Source: Neocallimastix sp. 'constans' (Eukaryota). Taken from it: a DNA stretch of 64,000 nucleotides. The stretch lies in contig JBODTK010000012.1 of the NCBI GenBank assembly GCA_050613775.1, positions 1,364,001 through 1,428,000 on the forward strand, read 5' to 3'. The translations under genes and the position numbers were made by a program. Positions 39,321-55,434 of the stretch are shown one piece after another; the stretch's first letter is position 1, and every line of letters begins with the position of its first letter. The notes beneath the pieces were generated by a model. That model did no database searches and was not told where the DNA came from. It worked only from the letters and a program-made list of their open reading frames with translations.

Positions 39321-42300
39321 ATTTATGTTCCTACGGTCACTCATAAGGATGAAAGAAAGAATGCCTTTTCAGAAATTACTAATTGGATAAAGAAACATAC
39401 TAATACACCTTCTATTCTTGTAGGTGACTTTAATATGTCTAAATCCCAATTAGATAGTTTACTTAATAAATCATCTCATCAGTGGTTCACTAAAAACTTA
39501 TCAGGTCTCGATTTCACATGGGCTCGGGATGGTAGATCGTCTTGTATTGATCATGTTTTATTTAATTGTAAAATGAAGGAATACATTAATAAGGTATCTG
39601 TTTGTAGTACATTCAATGATATATCTGACCACTTCCCTCTTATCCTTTCCTGTAAGAAAGATGACTCAGAAGGTTTTCGTGCTCCTACTCCTTCTAGAAG
39701 ATTCAAGTGGTCCCAACACATGTGTAATGAAAAGCAAAATGAAATATTCTCAAGTAACTACTTCTCAATTCTTCTTAATGAATTTGATGATAATAAAGAA
39801 CTAAGTTCTAATGAAATGGTCAATAAATTTATAGAAACAGCTAATAAAGTTGGTGATAAAGTTCATGCTAGAGTTCCTTGTGATCTTAAAGGCTCAGCTT
39901 TCCACTGCCCTTATTATATCAAGAAACTTTCTCATGAAAAACATGTTGTATTTAATGAAATCAAAAATTTTTCTTTAGGTTCTAATCTTGAAAACCTTGA
40001 TGAATTTTTAAATTTGCTTCGTGAGTATAAAAATATATGTGGTAAAGTCAGATCAATTAAGTTTTCTATTAAATCAAAACAATTTCATCAGTCAATAGAA
40101 TCTGCATGTAATGATTTTCGTAATAAAAATGCTAGGAGTGCTTGGTTAAAATTAAAGAAGCTATCTCACCCTATGTACTCTAATTCTATTTCGTCAAGTG
40201 TTTTAAAGGACAAGCAGGGTAACTTTTTATTCTCTCATTCGGATCAATTAAATCGATTTGCTGAACATTACAGTGAACTAGCTTCTGATGTTACTCAACA
40301 CAGTTTGGATAATGAATACTGGGTAAGTTTATTTGGAATTAATCCTAATAACATTCCTACTTGGGATATTAATGATTCTATTACTATGGAAGAAATTCAA
40401 AACACTGTGCTTGAAATGAAAAATAATAAAGCTCCTGGACCCGATGGTATTCCGATTGAATTTTTTAAAGCCTTCTTTAGTAAATCTGATTTATCCGATA
40501 ATCAAGATGATTCTTCAGATGATCACTACTCTAAGTGTGCTAAATGTTTACTTTCTTTATTTAACAAAATCTTGGATGGTGACTTCCCTGAAGAGTGGAA
40601 TTCGGCTTCTATAATATCAATTCCAAAAAAAGGAGATCTTTCGGATTGTAATAATTATCGTGGTATTTCTCTTATTAATGTTGGCTTAAAAATTATTTCA
40701 AAGATTGTTACTAATAGAATTGCTAAATATGCCCTTGAACATAAATTTGTTAGACCTGAACAATTTGGATTTAGAAATAAAGAAGAATGCATAAATTTGT
40801 ATATTTCAATTAGAGAGATATGTCAAAGAAGAAAATTTCAAGGAAATTTTACTTATCTTACTTTTCTCGATCTTAAAAAAGCCTATGATTCAGTTCCTAT
40901 CTTTAATATTTTGACCAAATTATATAACTTAGGAATTAGAGATAAATGTCATCTGTTTTTAAAGAATCTTTATCTATCCTCTAAAGCTCGTGCTTTTTTT
41001 AATAGTAATCTCTCAGAAGAATTTTCGATGAATCGTGGTGTTAGACAAGGATGCCCTCTATCTCCTATTTTATTCAATTTGTTCATTAATGATATACTGG
41101 ATAATTGTGATAAGTATGGTGTATATTTAGATTCTCAATATTGTTGTGGTGGACTTTTTGCGGATGATATTGTTTTAGTTGCTCCATCTAAACAAGCTCT
41201 TAAGAAAATTTTGAATAAAGTTCATGAATGGGCTATTAAAAATGAAATAACTTTTAGAATTAATAAGTGTGCTACTCTTGTTGTAAAACCGATTAACTTT
41301 GTTAAACCGATAAACTATGAAGATCCATCTTTCTTTATTGGTAGTAACAAATTACCTAAAACTGACAACTATACCTATCTTGGTATTCCTTTTGATGAAT
41401 CTTTATCACTGAAACCTATACAATCCAAATTAAACAGTAATTTAAATGTCAAGTTAAATTTGTACTTTCGATTTCTTATTAATAAATCTGTTCCTCTCCC
41501 ATTGAAGAAATATGTTTTAATTTCGTTTATTCTTAGTCTTGTTATATATTATGCTCCTCTCTTTGGTTCAAATAAGAGCAGATGTTCTATAGCTCAAAAA
41601 ATTATTAATAGAGGACTTTATTGGAGTTACGGATTTAAATCTCGCAATTCTTCTGTTAGTCTCTATGATATTACTCGTGAATTGAGAATACCTCCTCTTT
41701 CAGCTATCTGTGCTATATCTCAATTACGATGCTTTAGAAAATGGAAAAATTCATCATGTATTATTAATCATCTCACTAATAATATTCCTACTATGTCACA
41801 TTACTCATGGACTAAAGAATCAAGAACTTTGGATAGGAAATTAAATGGTAAAAAAAAACAAGTGAAATTAAAAAGTTTTATTGGGAAAGAGATGTCTTCA
41901 AACCCTCAAAAGCTAAAAAAGCAATTATTTACAAAGAGAATGATTTTGGATTTATTTCAGAAATCAAAAACTTAACATTTCAATATCCTAAGTATCAGTT
42001 GGGATTCTTTTGGATTTCTCGAATTAGGTGTGGTTTTAAATTTGACATTAGTATTTCCATTAAAAGAAAAATCGTCTCAGAAGATTGCCCTAAATGTTGC
42101 CCTTGTTGTGGTGTTAATGTACCTAGCTTTTCTCACTGGATCTTTGCCTGTAAAGAATTGGAAAATTACAGAAATAAATCTTTACCTTTTCTAGATGATC
42201 TCTTTTTGAAGTTTGCAATGATAATTGAACAAAAATCCTTGGATGTTTCTTTAATTTAGAAAAGGATTATGATAATAATATTTATTATTATATATTGAGT

Positions 42301-42777
42301 GCTCTTCTTGGTGGGCGTTCTATTCAAAAATTAAAGTTAATGATGGAGAACAAAGACAATTAGTTGACAATATTTATAAACAAAGTTCAACTTCGTCAAC
42401 TGTTCCGTATTTTGTGGGGATTGCGGAGTTTCTAACAAACGTAATACCATTAATTTGTCGATCTTTTAGTTTAATGATGAAATGGTATTCCGTTGAATCT
42501 ACCGTTACCAAGAGCGTCGACGTCGAAATGATAAGGCATGGATTTTCACCTCCAGATACAGATTCGATTGATAACACTAATACTGAAATTATTACTCGCA
42601 ATAATGGACGTGGTGTTATTATCGAGGAATGGGAAAAGTTAGAGGCTATTGCTTCTAACGCACTTTTATAATTTTATAATATATAATATTTTATTTCATG
42701 TATTTTATTATTTTTTTTTTCCTTTAAAATCATGTAATTTTATTATTATTATAAATTAAATAAAGTTATTCTCTAAG

Positions 42778-42816
<39 letters not shown>
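39321..42816 (+). mobile_element. Element C: 5'-truncated APE-RT LINE, frameshifted near its 3' end
   Basis: ORF with VGDFN, IDH, ISDH and RT motifs. Frameshift in the A-run at ~41850 and a stop at 42257-42259. Poly-A at 42781-42815; 11-bp TSD ctaagtgtgct at 39310-39320 and 42817-42827. Confidence 0.9.
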
Positions 42817-42818
<2 letters not shown>

Positions 42819-43580
42819 AAGTGTGCTTTGTCTCAAGTCAAATGTTTTGATAAATGGAAAGATTCAAATTGTATTATTTCCTATTTAGTTAATAATATTC
42901 CAAAATCTAGAAAATATACATAGGCGAAAGAAAGTAGAACTCTTAAACGTAAACTAGAGAAAAGAGGTAATAACGATAATAAAATCAAGGATTTTTATTG
43001 GAAAAGAGATGTGAAAATCAATTCTATTAAAGCTGAGTTTTATGACAAAAACAGATTCGAAGAAACATCAAAATTTATAAAACTTTGTTATGAATATCCT
43101 GATCTTTCATATGGTTTCTATTGGCTACTGAGAGCACAAAGCGGATATAGATTAGATGCTAGAATTGCCAAAGCTGCAAAAATAATAGATCAAATGTGTC
43201 TTAATTTTTGTCCCTGGTGTAAAAGTAATAAACAAAAGATAAGGCATTGGTTAATTGATTGTCCATTTTTCAATCATATTTGTAGTAAAGTCAATAATAG
43301 AATTTTTATTTTTATATAATGCTTTTAACCGTGGCAACCTAACAAATGATATTGTTAATAGTAATAACGATAATAGCAACAGTAATAATAGTAATAGTAG
43401 TAATAGTTATAGTAATAATAATTATAGTAATAATAATTATAATAATATTAGTAATAGTATTTTTAGTAATGTTAGTAATAGTATTGAAAATGATGTGTAT
43501 GTTGATTCTAGTATGTGTGAAAAAGTGTTAAATTTCCTTCTTGGGGGAAGAAGTATTAATAACAGTACAAGGGAATGGAA

Positions 43581-44700
43581 GTTTCATCTTTATTAATTAA
43601 ATATTTGAAAAAATAATAATAAAAAAAAAAAAAAAAAAAAAAAAAAGACAAAAAAATAAACAAAAAAAAAAAAAAAAAAAACATAAAATAAAATAAAATA
43701 ATGGTATAAAATATTCTAGTTTCATTTAATTAATATCTGTAAGACTTCACAAGGGCATTATTATACTGTAGTATAATAATTATTTTTGATTTCACAATGT
43801 TAATCATAATTTTAAGATACAAAATTATGATCTTCATTGGTTGCGCTAGCCCTGCTGGCCTGCTTTACTGTTTCTTCAACATTGACGCTCTTGGTAGTAG
43901 TAGTACGGTTCGATTTGAACCTATTGAACAAAGACTATTGCTGGCCAATAGCAATAGGTATAATCAATTGAAGAAGAGCCTCAGTAACCACCAGAAATGG
44001 TGTATCAGAATAAGCACCTGATTTCATCTGGCACTTAAATAGATCCTTCCATTCTCTTCTACTATTATTAATACTTCTTCCCCCATGAAGGAAATTAAAC
44101 ACTTTTTCACACACACTAGAATCAACATACACATTATTTTCAATACTATTACTAACATTACTAAAAATACTATTACTAATATTATTATAATTATTATTAC
44201 TATTACTATTATTACTATTACTATTATTACTGTTGCTATTATCATTATTACTATTAACGATATCATTTGTTAGGTTGCCATGGTTAAAAGCATTATATAA
44301 AAATAAAAATTCTATTATTGACTTTACTACAAATATGATTGAAAAATGGACAATCAATTAATCAATGCCTTATCCATTGGTTATTACTTTTATAATAGGG
44401 GCAAAAATTAGGACACATTTGATCTATTATTTTTACAGCTTTGGCAATTCTAGCATCTAATCTATATCCGCTTCGTGCTCTCAGTAGCCAATAGATACCA
44501 TATGAAAGATCAGGATATTCATAACAAAGTTTTATAAAATTTGATGTTTCTTCGAATCTGTTTTTGTCATAAAATTCAGCTTTAATAGAATTGATTTTCA
44601 TATCTCTTTTCCAATAAAAATCCTTGATTTTTTTTATCGTTACCACCTCTTTTCTCTAGTTTACATTTAAGAGTTCTACTTTCTTTCGTCCATGTATATT
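43581..44700 (-). mobile_element. Element B3: inverted degenerate family-B 3' fragment lacking its poly-A end
   Basis: Reverse complement matches B1 from KYTWTKESR through the 3' UTR to taataaagatgaaac. Confidence 0.88.
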
Positions 44701-45118
44701 AATATTTGTAAAACTTAATTTATATAAATAAAATTGAAAAATAAATCAATATATATATATATATATATATATAATTGAGAAAAAAGAAAATCATTTATTT
44801 ATTAGTTAATAAAGATAGTATTTAAAAGTTTATTTTAAATTTTAAAAAACAAATTTCAATAATTTATGTTATATATTGTTATTTTTTTTTTTTTTTTTTT
44901 GCTTAAAGTTTATATATTAATTTTACTTTATAATATTTATGTGAATATAATTAATAAATAAAGAATAAAATAAAATAAAGAAATTTTAAATAATTTTTGT
45001 ATTCTTTTTTTTTTTTTTTTTTTTATATTTAATTATTTTTTTAATTATTATTATTATTATTAATTAATTAACTATTTGATTGCGATAATGTATTTTTAAA
45101 TTAATTATTGAACCCCCT

Positions 45119-47510
<2,392 letters not shown>

Positions 47511-48690
47511 TTTTTATATTATTGTTCCTATTGGGAATAACAAATTTCTGTTAACAAAATCATTAGGGTAATTGAATTTCAATTTAACTCTGTGGTGTTC
47601 GATATATCGTATTAAAACAATATTTTACATTAAATTAGAAATATTTATGAAAAATAAAAAAGTAAAAAAAATATTATTATACTAAATATATATATAAATA
47701 TTATAAAAAGAAAATTAGTATTATTGTAATAATTTTAGATTATAAGTATTTTTGTATATAATATTAATTTATATCAAAAATTTTGAATTTAATGTTTAAT
47801 GAATTTATTTATATTTGAAAATTTTCATCTTTTATATCAACAAAAATTTCAATATAATAATAGTAAATATTTATTACAAACTATTAAAACTTTTTAATTT
47901 GAAATTATTTATAAATTTTTATGTTTTATATATTATAATAAGAGACATTTAATTATTTATATAGAATTATTAATATATAAAATTATCTATCGAAATAAAT
48001 TTTGTAATATTGACATTTCAAATTAATATAATTATAATATTATCTTACAAATTATTAAATTTAATATTATTTCAATAAAGATTTAAAGAATTATTATTAT
48101 TTTTTGTTATCTTAAATTGAATTTTAGTGAATTTTTCTTTATTATGAAATAACACTTTTTTTTTTTTTTTTTTTTTTTTTAATAAATTTAATATTATCTA
48201 TTTTTCGATTAATCAATATAAAAATTATTATATTAAAAATTATTATTATTATTATTTATTTGTTTTTTTAACAAATAAATAAATTAATTATTAACCTAAA
48301 TTATTATTAATTCCAATTTATTTCTTTAAAATTATTTGATAAAAAAAATTATATTTACTGAAATTTACTTTTATATTATTTTATTCACATTTTACATTTA
48401 TTTATATGATAATGAAAAATAGTATTAAATTCTATGTTACTATTACATAATTTAATATTGTTAAGTAAATTATTTTTTTAAAATAAAAAGAAAAAAAAAA
48501 TATAGTATATAATAGTTGTACAATTTATACTTCAAAATTTCCAATCACCTAAAAAAATGTACAATTTTTGTTATATTTAATATTTTTTTTTTTTAATTAA
48601 AAAAAATTTATAATTATGTATAATTTTTAAAATAATGAAATGTAAAATTTCATAATTTTGAATAAGAAAATAATATAAATAAATATTAAT

Positions 48691-48879
48691 ATGTCATCAA
48701 GTAATTCAATTTTAAAATTTAATCCTAAAAAAAGACCAAAAAGTCCAGAAGATACTTTTTTTGAACAAGGAAATGAAGAATTTAATCGTACTTGGAATAT
48801 TAAATATTATTGTTTAGAAAATGATAATGAAATTTCAGATAATGATAGTGAAAAGTATATTGAAAAAATATTTTACTTA

Positions 48880-48910
<31 letters not shown>

Positions 48911-50035
48911 TTATTATAATATATATATTATTTTTTAAATTTGTAATAATAATTATTATATTTTTTAATATTAAATCCATTTAATATATAAAATATAAAA
49001 TCATTTATTTTTAAATTAATAATTATTAATCAAAGTAATTACATAAAGTGTAACCTCCTTCCTAGTTGTTTAAATTTGAAATTTTACAGTACCGAAGATT
49101 ATGAAGCACATTATTCACTAACTCATAGATATTATTGTTCAATATGTAATGTTACCTTAATGACTGAGAAATTATTAAATATTCATTTACAAGAAGTTCA
49201 CGATTCTTTTTTTGAAGTATTATCACAAAGAAGAAATATGGTAATTTTTTATATTTTTTTATTTAAAAAAAATAAAAATATTATTATTAATACCTTCTTT
49301 TTCATTCCATTTTTATTAATATTTATTTAATAATAAAAAAAAAAATAATGAGCATGGAATATTAATTTTTATTTTGTTACTATTTTAAAATTGTAGTACC
49401 AATGTTTAATTACCGACTGTGAAGAGAAATTTAAAAATGCTGAAGAAAGAAAGCAACACTTAATAGAAAAACATAATTTTTCAAAACAAACTAATGTCAA
49501 TGGACTTATTAAAAAAAGGATAAAAAAGTATATTAAGAATTTAAAGTTTTTTTTTTTTTTTAATAAGATTTCTTTTACGTTAAAATAATAAAATAATTTA
49601 TATATTTCATATTATATGTTATATATTATATAAATATTAATTTTTTTTTTAATTTTTTAATTCTTTTTTTTTTTTTTTTTTTTTTTCCTATTATTATAAT
49701 AAAATGTATTATATATATATAATTCAACAACAACAACAACAACAACAATAATAATAATATTAATATTAATAATAATAATAATAAAAAGAGCAGAATCAAC
49801 TAATAATTCAAATAAATTATGGAACTCTTATAGGGAAACAGATAATACATATGGTGAAGAAGGTGTATGGGACATTAATTATGATGATGAATACTATGAT
49901 GAATATGAAGCTGAGGACTATGACTATAGTGAAGAAGAAGAAGAAGAAGATAATAATAAATCTTATACTAACAATGAAGAAGATACAATGAATATTGATG
50001 AATTAAAAAATAAAATCGATACTATCACTGTATAG
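48691..50035 (+). CDS. ZNF511-like C2H2 zinc-finger protein, ~4 exons
   Basis: PEDTFFEQG, YEAHYSLTHRYYCSIC...LLNIHLQEVHDSFFEVLSQRRNM|YQCLITDCEEKF...RKQHLIEKH, followed by an acidic tail. Divergent from pelota. Confidence 0.8.
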
Positions 50036-50133
50036 TTTATATATATAAATATAAAATATAAAATATAAAATATATATAGATATACCATAAAAATATCATA
50101 ATAATATTAATACTATCATAATTATATAAATAG

Positions 50134-50174
<41 letters not shown>

Positions 50175-50572
50175 AAAATTATAATTTATAAATGTTATAA
50201 TCAATACATATTGAAAATAAATATGTAAAAATTAATATAAATATAAAATAAAATTCTGTAGATATATATTATTCAATATTAATATTAATAGATATTGCTT
50301 TTTATTATTAAATATTTTTAAAATTTCTTTTACTATTTAATATTTAATAAAAGGATTTTTATATTTTTAAATTATTATGATATTTATGTAATATTAGGTA
50401 AAATATTAGTGAATCTACATTATTTAAGTACATTTTTTGAAGCATTGAAATAAATATATCATTTATTATAAGGGAAATATAAAATATATAATTTTAAATT
50501 TTAATTAGACTAGAAAATTTGGTGAAAAAAAATAATAATAATAAAAATAAAACTTGATTTTAATGCAATTTG

Positions 50573-50936
<364 letters not shown>

Positions 50937-51006
50937 CAATTTGACTAATATAACTATATTTTATATTATTTATATGGTTGCTTTTATTATATATAAATTA
51001 TTAAAT

Positions 51007-51043
<37 letters not shown>

Positions 51044-51282
51044 AAAAATCAAATCACATTTCAATAAAATTTAAAATTATATGTTTAAATTAAATTTATA
51101 TATATTTTGTAATTAGTTTTTTTATTTTATTGATTTATATATTTTATTAAATTTAATGTGTATAATATTTTTTAATTATTATTATTATTATTATTTGCAT
51201 CTTTTTGATAAAAAAAAAATACTTTTTTTTCATTTACTTGGTTTTAATAATATTATTAAATGTTTTAAAACAATATTATAAA

Positions 51283-51313
<31 letters not shown>

Positions 51314-51579
51314 TAAGCGTTAGTAAAATTTTATAAATAAATAAAATACGGTTTCGATTATTTGTGGATTGATGAATTCTTATTGAAATAAATTAAAAAT
51401 TAAATATAGTTTTAAAGGTTTAAGTTTAAATGAATTATTAAAAAAAAAAAAAATAAAATAAAATAAAATAAAATAAAATAAAATAAAATAAATAAATAAA
51501 TAAATAAATAAATAAATTTTTATTTTCCTTTTTTCTTTTTTTATTTCTTAAGGTGGGTTTGAAATAAAATTTTATTTCT

Positions 51580-52979
51580 CTATGGGTATAAGCGAGATGG
51601 ATCACGTGGGAAGAGTGAGGCACGTTTAACTTGACCTAGACCAAAGTATAACATAACAATTCTTTCTAAACCAATACCACCACCAGCGTGTGGAGAAACA
51701 CCGTATTCAAAGGCATCTAAATAACCTTGGATGGTTGTTGGATCAATACCATGATCAATGGCGCTTTTTCTTAGCATTTCTGGATCATGAATACGTTGAG
51801 CACCAGACATAATTTCTTCACCTCTCATGAAGAAATCATAGGAGTTAGAGTAACCATCCTTTTCTGGATCTTCCATGGTGTAGAATGGTCTAACGGCCTT
51901 TGGGAATTTATCTAACATGTAGAAATCGGTTTTATAGTTTCTCTTAACAGCCTTACCAAGGAATCTTTCATTCTTGGTACTTAAATCATCAAATTCACCC
52001 ATACTTTCAGCTTCCTTAAGATCTTTGAAATCTTCAAGATCGTAAGATTCCTTGATTTCATTAAGGAGTTCCTTAATTTCCTTAAGTTTCTTTGATCTGT
52101 TTTTAGCCTTTTTCTTTTCATCTTCTTCAATATCACTAATTAACTTTAAAATGTCATCAACGGTTTCAACACCAATTTTTTGTTTAATGTAAACAACTTC
52201 ATCCTTTAATAACTTAACAGCATCCTTGAATTTAAGACGTAAAGACTTTGGAAGGAATTCAAAAGCTGGGACAGGGAATTGCTTTTGGACAATACTGATT
52301 TCATAAACATACTTTTCTTTCAATTCAGTGAAAAGATTAACAAAAAGTTCATCAAATAAATCTAAAACCTCATGATAGTGTTCGTTGAAAGACATTTCTA
52401 AATCGAGACCAGTAAATTCAGTTAAATGGCGGTGAGTGTTGGAGTTTTCAGCTCTGAAAACTGGACCAATTTCATAAACACGTTCGAAATCAGAAGAAAT
52501 CATCATTTGCTTGTAGAACTGTGGGGATTGAGCTAAATAAGCCTTGACTATATTATTAAATTATTATATTAATAAATACAAAAATTGATTCATATTATTA
52601 TATTAATAACAATTATTAATATTATATATATATTTCTTTTTTTTTTTTAAAAAAAAATTTTTTTATTTATTTAATAAATATATATTAATTTACATATTAG
52701 ATACATTACTGTTAAAGTACTTGACTTCGAAAACACTAGCACCACCTTCACTAGCTGCACCAATTAATTTTGGTGTATGAATTTCAGTGAAACCCTTGGA
52801 ATCTAAGAAGTTACGAAAGATTCTGCAAACAGCAGCTTGAATCTTGAAGATAGCATGGTTGGTAATGGTCTATTTTAAAGTATTTTAGAATAATTGTAAA
52901 TAAAAGATTAATAATTATATAATATATATAAATAAATAAAAGAATGTATTTTAAATTATATAATGAAATAAAATAAACG

Positions 52980-53024
<45 letters not shown>

Positions 53025-55434
53025 ATACTCTAAGATCGTAGACACGGTTGTTTAAACAAGTATCTAAAGTAACACGAACAACTTGTTCTTTATTTCCTCT
53101 CCTCATATCAGTTGGTTCTTCCTTTATATTATAATTTTTAATGAAATAATATTAATAATATATTAAAAATATAATATATAATTATAATTTATCATTTAAT
53201 AAGATATTAATATTAATATATACATATCTTTATGTATATAAATATATTTATAAAACTAAAATTTTATTATATAATGTATATTTTACCTTAATAAACTTTT
53301 CATCTGGCCTAGAAGCACTTTCAAAAGTGTATGGAAGCTTGGCTTTGGTAGTCTTACTAACGGTAAAAGCCTTTTTATAATTAATTTTTATTCATTTTTA
53401 TAAAAATGAATATTATTTTATAATATAATATATTTTAGATATTTATATAATAAACATATATAGACATTTTATGTTTTAATATAACTTTTTAATTATTAAC
53501 AAGAAAAAATGCATACACCCTTGATTTGTAATTCATAATCAGAAAGAGTACAGGACTTAACCTTGTTTGTTGGCTTAACAACAAAACCAACAATATCAAC
53601 TAAAGATTCAGTTGGAATACTAAACAAATAGATAAAGAATAAATAAATAAATAAAATAAAATATATATTTATTTTTTTTTATATTAATCATTAAATTTTA
53701 TATATTATAATATATTTGTTTTGATTATAGTTATGTCAATAATTAGACTTACTTCTGAATGTATCTGATCATATGTAAACTAGCTGGAATTTTATTGTCA
53801 CTTTTAGCATTTTCATCATTTGGATTGTAGTAAGAAACAACACATTGAGCAGTGGAATTTTGTTGTCTTAATATAAGGAAGATCTTTTTACCAGCTTTAT
53901 TTTAATTTAATAATATTAATAACAAATATTATCATTGTTATTATTATTATTATTGAATATATAAAATATATATTAATATATATAATTAATACATTATATT
54001 TTTTTTTTTTATTTATCTTTTTTTTTTTTTTTTTTATTTCTGTTATAATGATTTTGAAATTTACGATATATATAAAATTTTCAAATTTATTAAGATTTTA
54101 TTATTATTATTTTATTATTATTAGTTTAAATACGTACAAACAATTCTTTTGTTCTGGACACGACCACGAATAGTAATAGTTTCATTTACCATACTGTCAT
54201 CAATTTCAAGTAACTTAGTGAACTTTTTGTCTTTTGATTAAATTAATTATAATAAAATGTTTATTAATTCTATATTCATTAGTATTTTTTAAACAATTTA
54301 TATGATTAATAACTACTTACATTCACGAGATTGACTTTGGTTGAGTGGTAAGTCACCGTACATATCAGTTACGAAATCCTATTTTTATAAATAAATCAAT
54401 AAATAAATAAAAATATATATTTTAAACAAATACATATATTTATGGAATGATATATATATTAGGAATCTTCTTGATAAAATTTGATTCTCCTTTTTTAATA
54501 TTAAAAATTATACTTACAACTTCGTTATTGAATTCTTCTTCTTCCTTGGCCTATATTTAATTTTATAAATAAAAAAATTAATATTTAAAATCTATATTAA
54601 AACTACATTTTTATTTGCTTAATAGAAAAAATAATTTTTTTTTTTTTTTTTTGATTTTGATTTTTTTTTTTTTTTTTGTAGAAATAACTACCTTCTTGGC
54701 TTCTTGTTCCTATTTTTTATATTATAAAATAAAATAATATTAAATGTTAATTTATATATTTCTATTGTTAAAAATTCTTATTTAACTTTTTTTATTATCA
54801 TTATTTATAAAATAATTTTTTTTTTTTTTTTTTTTTATTTTATTTAATACATACTAATCTTAATTTTTCAGCCTTTTAGATTTTAAAAAAAAAAAAAAAA
54901 TTTTAAAATATAAATATTAAAATAACAAACTTGAATATAATTTTTATTGAAAAAATATTAAATTTTTACTCTTTCGGCAGCTTCTTGAGCCTATTAATAT
55001 TAATAAAAATATAAAAAAATATACTAAATTAATATAAAATTCAATATTTAAAAAGTATTAATTATTTTACCTTTCTAGCCTATTATATATATAAATTATA
55101 AAAGTATTAAAATATTATTTAAAAAAAAGTGATATTATTAATATTAAAATTTATTAAATATTTAATAAATTATTAAAAGAGTTAATATTCATAGATTACA
55201 AATTAATTAAATGTACCTTTACAGCTTCGGCTTTAGCTTTCTTTAGTTTAAGGAACTCTTCCTTACTAATGACATTACCATCATCACTATTTCATATAAC
55301 AAAATTAATTAATATAGAATTATTTTAAAAAAGTTTCAATAAATATAAATTTTATAATTTTAATATATAATATATATCAGAGTTTGACTAGATATTTACT
55401 CTTTGAAAACCTTTTCCTTATTTTGATCAGCCAT
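51580..55434 (-). CDS. DPS1: Cytoplasmic aspartyl-tRNA synthetase (multi-exon)
   Basis: Motif 2 [18 protein letters not shown], motif 3 [44 protein letters not shown] and [10 protein letters not shown]. Start MADQNKEK at 55434. Confidence 0.95.

Larger units (their letters stand above)
38974..43581 (+). mobile_element. Element B2: older degenerate family-B copy that hosts the nest (pieces 31104-31127, 38974-39145, 39279-39320, 42817-43581)
   Basis: The pieces join colinearly to match B1 ~37529-38462. There is an in-frame stop (aca tag at ~42921) and a frameshift. Confidence 0.85.

Noticed and set aside
32411..41975. Bacterial-type RT system (retron, DGR, group II intron) or a multi-RT operon
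   Set aside because: APE domains, poly-A tails, 5' truncations and TSDs show ordinary nested non-LTR retrotransposons.
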